A stretch of DNA of 56,070 nt from Verrucomicrobiota bacterium (GTDB lineage: Bacteria; Verrucomicrobiota; Verrucomicrobiia; Palsa-1439). The stretch spans positions 1-56,070 of the forward strand of contig JBAWWR010000003.1 in NCBI GenBank assembly GCA_037146675.1. The letters are read 5' to 3'. Of the stretch, positions 10,073 to 18,022 are shown piece after piece. Position 1 is the first letter of the stretch. Each line of letters opens with the position of its first letter. Both the position numbers and the translations under genes were made by a program. Under the pieces are notes generated by a model that ran no database searches, had not been told where the DNA came from, and saw nothing but the letters and a program-made list of their open reading frames with translations.

Positions 10073-11221
10073 ATGCCCAAGACGTTGAACGTTGGAATGG
10101 TCGGTTATAAATTCATGGGCCGCGCCCACTCAAATGCGTGGCTGAAGGCGGATAAATTCTTCGACCTTAAAGCCCGTCCAGTGATGAAAGTCATCTGCGG
10201 CCGCGACCGGGCCGGCGTCGCCCAAGCCGCTCACCGGTGGGGCTGGGATCAATTCGTCACCGACTGGCGCGACGTCGTCAACGACCCGGCGATTGACATC
10301 GTGGACATCAACACGCCCAACGACACGCACGCCGAAATCGCCATCGCCGCCGCCAAGGCCGGTAAGGCGATTCTTTGCGAGAAACCGTTGGCGATGGATG
10401 TAAAGGAAGCCAAGCAGATGGTGGATGTCGTCAAAAAAGCCGGCATCACCAACATGATTTGCCACAATTACCGGCGCATCCCCGCGCTCGTCCAGGCGAA
10501 GAAGATGATTGTCGCCGGCGACCTCGGCCAGATTTACCATTACCGGGCGCGCTACGCGCAGGACTGGATCGTGGACCCGAGTTTCCCGCTCGTCTGGCGG
10601 CTCCAAAGCAAGATTGCCGGCAGCGGCACCCACGGCGACATCAACGCTCATATCATTGACATCGGCCGGTATCTCATCGGCGAATTTGCCGAAGTCTGCG
10701 GCCAGATGGAAACCTTCATCAAGGAACGGCCGTTACCGGCCGCGCAAGGCGGACTCAGCGCCACCGGCACCAAAAAACTTGGTAAAGTCACCGTGGACGA
10801 CGCCGTGATGTTCATCGGCCGCTTCAAAAACGGCGCGCTCGCCAACCTTGAAGCCACGCGTTTCGCCCTCGGGCGCAAGAACGGTATCCAAATTGAAATC
10901 AACGGCAGCAAAGGCTCGCTCGTCTTTAATTTCGAAGACATGAATCGGTTGCAGTATTACAACGACGCCGACCCGGCCGACCGGCGCGGCTTCCGCGACA
11001 TCATCGTCACTGAAGGCGTCCATCCGTATGCCGGCGCGTGGTGGCCACCGGGCCACATTATCGGCTACGAACACACCTTCATCCACACGATTGCCGATTT
11101 CGTCAACGCCGTGGCCTCCAAAAAACAAATCCAGCCGGATTTCCAAGAAGGTTTGGCAAACCAGCTCGTCCTCGCCGCCGTCGAGAAATCTGCCAAGACC
11201 CACCGGTGGGTGAAATTATAG
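10073..11221 (+). CDS. Gfo/Idh/MocA family oxidoreductase
   Basis: GYKFMGRAH, CEKPLA, GDINAHIID and WWPPGHIIGYEHTF motifs; GGAGG Shine-Dalgarno. Confidence 0.92.
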   Translation: MPKTLNVGMVGYKFMGRAHSNAWLKADKFFDLKARPVMKVICGRDRAGVAQAAHRWGWDQFVTDWRDVVNDPAIDIVDINTPNDTHAEIAIAAAKAGKAILCEKPLAMDVKEAKQMVDVVKKAGITNMICHNYRRIPALVQAKKMIVAGDLGQIYHYRARYAQDWIVDPSFPLVWRLQSKIAGSGTHGDINAHIIDIGRYLIGEFAEVCGQMETFIKERPLPAAQGGLSATGTKKLGKVTVDDAVMFIGRFKNGALANLEATRFALGRKNGIQIEINGSKGSLVFNFEDMNRLQYYNDADPADRRGFRDIIVTEGVHPYAGAWWPPGHIIGYEHTFIHTIADFVNAVASKKQIQPDFQEGLANQLVLAAVEKSAKTHRWVKL

Positions 11222-11270
11222 TTAGCGTGTTACTGACAGAGCTTCACCAGCTATAGCCACCGTGGAGAAT

Positions 11271-11574
11271 ATGAAAACAGACGAGGTAGACCAAAAGCGA
11301 AGCGCGAGCAAGTTTCTGCGGGACTTGGTAGCTAGGCTCGACGCCGGTAAAGAAACTGGCCGCCGAGCAGGCTGCTCCATCACTGCGCAAGGTCATCGAA
11401 GAGTTGGCCAACGACATCAACAGTGGGAGCAACCTGTCATCGGCATTGGCAAAGCATCCTACCGTCTTTGATCTGGACTACGTCGGCTTGGTGGGACTTT
11501 TTGAGGAAGTGTCAATGCGCCGCAGCGGCTCGTCCGGAACGTTGGGCGATATTCGGTGCAGTAATACACGGTAA
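11271..11574 (+). pseudogene. Frameshifted remnant of a PilC/GspF (T2SSF domain) protein
   Basis: First frame ends ...KFLRDLVARLDAGK; the shifted frame continues KKLAAEQAAPSLRKVIEELANDINSGSNLSSALAKHPTVFDLDYVGLVGLFEE, matching the PilC pattern. Confidence 0.7.
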
Positions 11575-11618
11575 CTCCGGCATTGCGTGCCGGTGGTGGG
11601 GCCGGTAATGTGCGCGGC

Positions 11619-12878
11619 GTGAGCGATACCACCGGAGTAAACTGGCGGCGCGGATTTTGGAGCCTCATCGTCACGCAGTTTCAAGGCGCGTTCTCCGACA
11701 ACGCGCTGAAAACCCTCGTTACCTTCATCGCTCTCGCTGCCGCCACCAGCAGTCAGCACCGTCGCGCCGTGGTGCCGGTCCTCAGCATCCTGTTCTCGCT
11801 GCCGTTCATTATATTCTCGATGGCTGGCGGGCATCTCGCTGACCGGTTCAGCAAACGGCACGTCACCATCGGCGTGAAAGTTTTTGAAATCCTGCTAATG
11901 CTGTTTGCGCTGGCCGCCTTGTGGCTGAAAAACGTGCCACTGGCAATGGTGGCAGTCTGCGGCATGGGAATTCACAGCGCGTTCTTCGGGCCATCGAAGT
12001 ACGGCCTCTTGCCAGAACTCTTGCCGGAGAACCGGCTATCGTGGGGCAACGGCATTCTCGAACTCGGCACGTTCACAGCAATTATTACCGGCGGTGCGGC
12101 CGGCGGCCTGCTCTACGAAATTTTCAAAGGCCGGCAACAACACTCGGCGCTGGTGTTCCTCGCGCTCGCCGGGTTCGGGTTGGTGTGCAGTCTGGGTTTG
12201 CCGAAGTTACCGGCGGCGAATCCGGCGAAAAAGTTTCAGGCCAATTTCCTCGCCGATTTGATCCGGCAAGTCCGGGAAATCCGCCGCGACCGGGTGCTCT
12301 GGCTCGCGGTGCTCGGCAATATTTATTTCTCGTTCGTCGGCCTGCTGGTGCTGAACAACGCGGTGATGTTCGGCATGGATACGCTACAAATCGGCGAAAT
12401 CCGGACTAGTTACCTCCAAGTCGCATTGGCGCTCGGCATCGGTGCCGGCAGCGTGGCGGCGGGTTATTTGTCAGCCGGTAAGATTGAACCACGCCTTGTG
12501 CCGGTCGGCACGCTTGGGCTGGCGGCGTTCAGCGCGACGTTGGCATTACCGTCGCTCACTTACCAAAGCGCGTTGGCGTATCTGACGTTGCTCGGATTTT
12601 TCGGAGGCTTTTTCATCGTGCCGGTCACTGCACTTATGCAACACCGGCCCGCTGCCGGCCAAAAAGGCGCGGTGCTCGGTGCTGGTAATTTGCTGTCGTT
12701 CGTCGGCATCGCGCTGGCGTCCGGTGTGTTTTGGTTGTTGACGGAAGTGGCGGACTGCTCGCCCCGGCAAGTGTTCTTGATTAGCTGCGTGATGACGGCC
12801 GGCGTAACGCCGTTTGCGATCCGGTTGTGTTCAGTTTATCGCCACGACAGCGTGAGTGGTTGCCGGTGTTCGGGGTGA
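11619..12878 (+). CDS. MFS transporter, LplT/Aas N-terminal type
   Basis: TQFQGAFSDN, GHLADRFSK, FFGPSKYGLLPEL and GFFIVP motifs; about 12 TM segments. Confidence 0.85.
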   Translation: MSDTTGVNWRRGFWSLIVTQFQGAFSDNALKTLVTFIALAAATSSQHRRAVVPVLSILFSLPFIIFSMAGGHLADRFSKRHVTIGVKVFEILLMLFALAALWLKNVPLAMVAVCGMGIHSAFFGPSKYGLLPELLPENRLSWGNGILELGTFTAIITGGAAGGLLYEIFKGRQQHSALVFLALAGFGLVCSLGLPKLPAANPAKKFQANFLADLIRQVREIRRDRVLWLAVLGNIYFSFVGLLVLNNAVMFGMDTLQIGEIRTSYLQVALALGIGAGSVAAGYLSAGKIEPRLVPVGTLGLAAFSATLALPSLTYQSALAYLTLLGFFGGFFIVPVTALMQHRPAAGQKGAVLGAGNLLSFVGIALASGVFWLLTEVADCSPRQVFLISCVMTAGVTPFAIRLCSVYRHDSVSGCRCSG

Positions 12879-13735
12879 GTGGAATCACTGGCGTGGAGTT
12901 CGAGCCGGGCGCCGGTTTGTTCCAACTGCAAATCCACCCAGCCGGTCGGCCGGCCGGCAGTGAAGACGTAGGATACCGGCGGGAGATTGATCAGGTGTAG
13001 ACTATTTTGTCGCGTGACATGCCAATCGTGAGTGTGGCCGAAGATAAGCGCTTTAACGTGCCGGCGTGGACGAAGAACGGCTAGCAATTCTCGCGCGTCC
13101 ACCAAGCCGGTAGTTTTCGCAGGATCGTGTTCGTCGGGTTGGTGGTGGACAATGATAATCGCCGGTTTGTTGGGGTTAGCATCGAGCGCGGCAGTCAGCC
13201 AGTGTAATTGGGCTTCACCGCACCGGCCCGGTGTAGTGTTGGTTTGATCCAGCGAATCCAGAATGAAGAAATTGGCGCGTTCGGCGCGCACGAGGGCTAC
13301 GCACCGGTTGACGACCGGCGGTTGATTCGGTGGCAACGCCAGAAGAAAATTCGTTCGGTGATCACGATTGCCGAGCGCTAGATGCACCGGCAAGCCTGCG
13401 CCGCGAATTGGGTCGAGCAAAGCGGTAAACGCTTCATAATCCGCAATTTCACCGGTCTGATGAGCGAGGTCGCCAACAATGAATGCCGCCGCCGGTAAGC
13501 TGTCGAGGCTGGCCACTTTGCCGGCTACGCGAGTGAGGTTGCTAGCCATATTGGAATTGCGGTCGCGGGTTTCGAGTTTGAAGTTGATGTGGGTATCGGC
13601 CAGCAGCGCAAACCGGTGTTGATCTGGCGCAGGACGCGCGCCCATTAAGCGTGGCGCGATGAGTGCGCCGGCCAGTCCGGCGAGCGACCGGGTGATGAAT
13701 TGACGGCGCGAAATTGGCGCGAGGGTAATCGGCAT
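12836..13735 (-). CDS. Tat-exported calcineurin-like metallophosphoesterase
   Basis: SRRQF Tat signal; DTH, GDL, GNRD, HH and GHTH motifs. Confidence 0.85.
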   Translation of the reverse strand: MPITLAPISRRQFITRSLAGLAGALIAPRLMGARPAPDQHRFALLADTHINFKLETRDRNSNMASNLTRVAGKVASLDSLPAAAFIVGDLAHQTGEIADYEAFTALLDPIRGAGLPVHLALGNRDHRTNFLLALPPNQPPVVNRCVALVRAERANFFILDSLDQTNTTPGRCGEAQLHWLTAALDANPNKPAIIIVHHQPDEHDPAKTTGLVDARELLAVLRPRRHVKALIFGHTHDWHVTRQNSLHLINLPPVSYVFTAGRPTGWVDLQLEQTGARLELHASDSTHPEHRQPLTLSWR

Positions 13736-13793
13736 GAAGTCCACATGGTAGCGCAGTGGAACGGTTTCGCAAATGCGATTCTTGCTTTTGCTA

Positions 13794-13822
13794 TTGACCG
13801 GTCGGGCAGGCTTACTTAAAGT
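13794..13822 (+). promoter_or_regulatory. Putative sigma70 promoter of the pilus-like cluster
   Basis: TTGACC-17 bp-TAAAGT, 30 nt upstream of ATG 13853. Confidence 0.55.
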
Positions 13823-13852
13823 CACAAACGCGTAAATTTCGTGTGAGGTTTT

Positions 13853-14461
13853 ATGAGCTTAAGACAACTAATGACCGGGATGGTGTTGCTGGGGGTCTTG
13901 ACGGTTTGGACGAAAGAAACATTCGGCCAGGCGGAGTCAACCCGCGATGCGTTTGCAATTAAAGACATCCGGCAGCAGCAAGTAGATGCGCCAACGTACG
14001 GCGGGGCCGACGGTCTCGGCGGGCGGCCAGCCTCGTTGCAGCGGAAATGGCTCAAGATCGAGGTGCAGTTTGACAGCCGGCCGGAGTGGGCGGACGACGT
14101 GCAGGTGAAGTATTACGTGCTGATGAAATACCAAGCAAAAGAACGGATGGAAGAAAAGCTGTTTGTTGGTGAGGTCGCTCACATCAATGTGGCCAAGGGG
14201 AGTCAGCATTACTCAGCGATGTTTATTCCACCGAACGCACTAAAGCGTTATGGCGGCGGCCAGGCAGAAGTGGTGACAGCGCGAATATTTTACAATGGCG
14301 CCCTTGTTTCAACGAAGACGGAGGCACCGGGGAAGGCTGTTCCCGCAAGTTGGTGGGAGAAATACCCGCCGGTTTTAGGGTGTTTATTAGCGCCTCAGGA
14401 TACGCCGTGGGAACCGGTAGCTGGCGAGCGCTTCGAGGCGATTAAGCCAACAACGCGATAG
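13853..14461 (+). CDS. Amuc_1102-like pilus-associated protein
   Basis: Signal peptide; KWLKIEVQFDSRPEWADDVQVKYYVL...HINV...LAPQDTPW; first gene before pilM. Confidence 0.7.
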   Translation: MSLRQLMTGMVLLGVLTVWTKETFGQAESTRDAFAIKDIRQQQVDAPTYGGADGLGGRPASLQRKWLKIEVQFDSRPEWADDVQVKYYVLMKYQAKERMEEKLFVGEVAHINVAKGSQHYSAMFIPPNALKRYGGGQAEVVTARIFYNGALVSTKTEAPGKAVPASWWEKYPPVLGCLLAPQDTPWEPVAGERFEAIKPTTR

Positions 14462-14466
14462 TCACG

Positions 14467-16227
14467 ATGTTTTCCTCTGATAAAATCCTCGCCATCGACA
14501 TCGGCGCCGCGACCATTAAGGTCGGCGAATTTCAGATGTCGAAGACGCACGGGTTACGGCTAATTAATTTCAACCATGCGGATCTCGGGCTGGATCCCGA
14601 GCATGAAGAGGAGCGCAAGTCGCTCATCGTTGCCGCGATTCGCTCCGCGCTCCGTGAAAAAAACATCAAGGCGCGCCATGTGGTGTTTAGCGTCTCCGGT
14701 CAGTCGGTATTCACCCGGTTTGTCAAATTGCCGCCGGTGGAAGAATCGAAAGTCGAACAGATTATTCAGTACGAAGCACAGCAGAACGTGCCATTCCCGA
14801 TTGATGAAGTCATTTGGGATCATCAATTGCTTGGTAGCACGGAGCAGGGCGAACTAGAAGTTGTATTATTGGCAATCAAGAGCGACATCATCGAGGATTT
14901 AAATGAGGGTGTCGAATCTGCCGGATTGCACACTGAAATCGTGGATGTGGCGCCGATGGCGCTCATTAACGCCGTGCGTTACAATGAAGGCGAAATTGAT
15001 GGCTGCACGATGGTGGTGGACATCGGTGCGCGCACGACCAACTTGTTGTTTCTGGAAAAGAGCCGCATCTACTCCCGCCCGATTCCGATTGCCGGCAATG
15101 CTATCACTCAGGGTATTGCCGCCGAGTTTAATATCCCGTTTCTCGACGCTGAGCAGTTGAAGCGCGCCAAGGGGTTTGTGGCGCTCGGCGGAGCGTACGA
15201 AGAGCCGGCGGACGAACAACAGGCGCGGGTCAGCAAGATTATCCGCAATGTGATGACCCGGCTCCATTCCGAGACCACGCGGTCAATCAATTACTGGAAG
15301 GGGCAGCAGGGTGGCAAGGCACCCACCCGTCTATTGCTGTCCGGCGGAAGTTCGGTTATGCCGTACACTGACCGGTTTTTCCAAGAGAAACTCCAGTTGC
15401 CGGTGCAGCTGTTCAACCCGCTCCGCAATGTCGAAATCGGCGAACAAGTTTCCCGAGAGGAATTGGCCAAGTGCGCCCATTTCTTCGGTGAAATCGTCGG
15501 CCTCGGTTTGCGCCGTGTCACCCACTGTCCGCTAGAAGTTAATCTGTTGCCAAAAAGCATCCAAGATCGCAAGAAGATGCAGTTGAAGCGGCCGTATTTT
15601 TTCGGCGCGGCGCTAGCAGTATTATTAATTCCGCTTTGCTGGCTGATGTACGCTAATAAAACCACCGAACTTAAGAATCGCGAACTGCGCGAGGTTCGGG
15701 CTGAAGTAACCCACCTCAGCCAGCTCGCAGCCACAATCCGCAGTGAGCAGGACAAGCAAAACAAGTTAAAGGCCAACGCCGACCAAGTGGTGGAGTTGTG
15801 GCGCGACCGCGCGGTGTGGTTCGATTTTTTTGACGATTTCAGCCGGCGGATGGTGAGTAATGTGTGGATTACTGCATTCATACCGGAGCCTTGTGGCACA
15901 GCTAATACAACCTCGGCCGCGGCGCTTGGTGTCCGGGACGGGCGGCGTGGTGGGCAACCGGCCGCGATGTCGAGACCGATAGCAGGCCAACCGTCTGCAG
16001 CGACTCTGTCTGGCTGTGCCGAAGTTCGTATTGAGGGTGCCGGTCTCGGCTCCGCTGAGGCTTTGCGGTTGGTAGACGACTTGGCTCATAATCTCAGTCA
16101 GTCCACAAATTTCGTCGACAAAAGCGTGGTCATCGAACGTCCGCCGTCAGCGATGACGCACGAGGCAACCTTCACCTTTACCATCCGGGCGCGGCTAGCC
16201 AAGCCGGTTAGCATAATCTCAAACTGA
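14467..16227 (+). CDS. pilM: PilM-PilN-like fusion, Amuc_1101 type
   Basis: AIDIGA, FTRFVKLPP, EAQQNVPFP and VDIGARTT actin-like motifs, then a VNLLP PilN motif, a TM helix and a periplasmic domain. Confidence 0.88.
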   Translation: MFSSDKILAIDIGAATIKVGEFQMSKTHGLRLINFNHADLGLDPEHEEERKSLIVAAIRSALREKNIKARHVVFSVSGQSVFTRFVKLPPVEESKVEQIIQYEAQQNVPFPIDEVIWDHQLLGSTEQGELEVVLLAIKSDIIEDLNEGVESAGLHTEIVDVAPMALINAVRYNEGEIDGCTMVVDIGARTTNLLFLEKSRIYSRPIPIAGNAITQGIAAEFNIPFLDAEQLKRAKGFVALGGAYEEPADEQQARVSKIIRNVMTRLHSETTRSINYWKGQQGGKAPTRLLLSGGSSVMPYTDRFFQEKLQLPVQLFNPLRNVEIGEQVSREELAKCAHFFGEIVGLGLRRVTHCPLEVNLLPKSIQDRKKMQLKRPYFFGAALAVLLIPLCWLMYANKTTELKNRELREVRAEVTHLSQLAATIRSEQDKQNKLKANADQVVELWRDRAVWFDFFDDFSRRMVSNVWITAFIPEPCGTANTTSAAALGVRDGRRGGQPAAMSRPIAGQPSAATLSGCAEVRIEGAGLGSAEALRLVDDLAHNLSQSTNFVDKSVVIERPPSAMTHEATFTFTIRARLAKPVSIISN

Positions 16228-16233
16228 ACCATC

Positions 16234-17142
16234 ATGAACTCACGCTGGTTCCGAAATCATTTAGTCAGCCTCATTGCCGGCGGAATGTTTATTGTACTGC
16301 TTGGCGGAATCATTTGGGTCCTGCTTAAATCGTTTGATACTCAAGATGCTGTCTTGCAGGACTTGAAGGCCGGCACCGCCAAGCTGGAGGAATTGCGCAA
16401 TACCAAGCCGTTTCCATCCCAAGAAAACATCGACCTGTTACGGCAGGACTACGAAAATGTCCGGCAACTCTACGATGCCATGACCAATGCGGCAGTTCAC
16501 CCGCTAATCCACGGGCCAAGCTTAACGCGCGACATTGACTTTTCGCAGTTGGTACGAACAACGGTCAACCGACTGACCGCCGTGGCAGCCGAGCAACACG
16601 TGCGTACGCCGGCAGACTTCACATTTGGTTTTAGCCGGTACGATGTGAAGTTTCCTTGCCGGATTCCGCCAGCCCACGGCGACGAGTGTCCAAAACTGCT
16701 GGCATTACTGAGTAAGCAATTAATGGTGGCTGAAACATTGGCCAATCTCCTAATCACTAATAAAGTTGAGGAGATTTCGGCCATTCGACGCACTGAAGTC
16801 GAGCCGGGCGAAACAAGTGCCGACGCGTTGAATTTCCCAATCAACAATGATCCGACTGCGCTCTACCATACCTATCCGTTCGAATTGCGCTTCACCTGCG
16901 ACACGCCGACATTGCGCAATATTCTCAATGGGCTAACAGAGGCGCCGGGCTTGTTTATCGCCCGCGCAATCCGAATCGAAACGGTACAAGTTAGGCTTAA
17001 ATCGCTCGACGCACCGGCGACTGGTTCAGATGCCACGCCCGCTGAGCCGGCTAGTGCTGTTGTCACCCGCCGTCTTAATGTCGCCCTGCGGTTGGACCTC
17101 GTCGAGTTCGCACCGCCAAAACTACGCGCCGGTAAGGGGTAA
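16234..17142 (+). CDS. Amuc_1100-like (PilO-like) protein
   Basis: N-terminal TM, coiled coil, PFPSQEN, FTFGFSRY and YPFELRF motifs; position after pilM. Confidence 0.72.
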   Translation: MNSRWFRNHLVSLIAGGMFIVLLGGIIWVLLKSFDTQDAVLQDLKAGTAKLEELRNTKPFPSQENIDLLRQDYENVRQLYDAMTNAAVHPLIHGPSLTRDIDFSQLVRTTVNRLTAVAAEQHVRTPADFTFGFSRYDVKFPCRIPPAHGDECPKLLALLSKQLMVAETLANLLITNKVEEISAIRRTEVEPGETSADALNFPINNDPTALYHTYPFELRFTCDTPTLRNILNGLTEAPGLFIARAIRIETVQVRLKSLDAPATGSDATPAEPASAVVTRRLNVALRLDLVEFAPPKLRAGKG

Positions 17143-17159
17143 GACCAGAAACAACGCTA

Positions 17160-17966
17160 ATGGATTTCATCAAAAAACATTTAGAGAAACTCCTGCTGGC
17201 TGGCGTGTTGCTGGTATTGATCGGCGTGGCTGGGTTGTTGGCGTGGAAAGTCGAAAAGCTTAGCGAGATTATAAATGCCGGCCTCAGTAGTCCAACCCGC
17301 AGAGTTCCGCCAAGTCCATTGCCGACCGAGGTGTACTCCAAGGCAATTGCCGGCTTCACAAACCCAATGCCTTGGCGGACCAGTATTGTGGACCCATTTC
17401 ACACTGGGATTGAGATCATCAAAACAACAACGGATAAAGGGCCTGACAAGCAACCACCCAAGCCGCCGACCCAGCCGTTTAAGATTAATGAGATCAAGCG
17501 CAAGCCGAGTAGATTCGTTTTCAAATCCTATAGCAAGCAGGGTGAAAATTTCTTTGCAATCAACGATGCAAATAGCAAGCGCACTTTCATTGTAGACAAA
17601 GCGGGCGATAAGATCTGGAATCCGATTGATAAGTACGACACCGGCTTCGTTGTGACCAAGTTCGAGAAAAAAGACAATGAGGTGGAGAACCCGCGCACAC
17701 ACGCCAAGCACCAGCAGGATGACTCTGAGTTAACCATCCAGCGCGGCGCAGAGACGCCGCTTGTTCTTCCGTTGAACCGCATTATCGAGGAACGGGAGCC
17801 GGAAGCAGTGCTCACGTGCACGGCGGACAATCAAAACCAGCCCGTTCGCAAGGGTCAATCCGTGGTGTGTGGCGGCCGAATTTACAATGTCGTTGACATC
17901 ACTTTAAGGCAAGTGTTAATCGTTGACGAACAAACAAAAGAGAAGCTAACCATCACCAATGAGTAG
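17160..17966 (+). CDS. Amuc_1099-like pilus system protein
   Basis: MDFIKKHLEKLLL N-terminal anchor, beta-rich C-terminus (KFEKK...DDSELTI); lies between Amuc_1100-like gene and secretin. Confidence 0.65.
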   Translation: MDFIKKHLEKLLLAGVLLVLIGVAGLLAWKVEKLSEIINAGLSSPTRRVPPSPLPTEVYSKAIAGFTNPMPWRTSIVDPFHTGIEIIKTTTDKGPDKQPPKPPTQPFKINEIKRKPSRFVFKSYSKQGENFFAINDANSKRTFIVDKAGDKIWNPIDKYDTGFVVTKFEKKDNEVENPRTHAKHQQDDSELTIQRGAETPLVLPLNRIIEEREPEAVLTCTADNQNQPVRKGQSVVCGGRIYNVVDITLRQVLIVDEQTKEKLTITNE

Positions 17967-18022
17967 GTAGCTTGATTGATGGAATATTGTCACGTCTGAA
18001 GAATCAAATGGAGAATTGCGTT

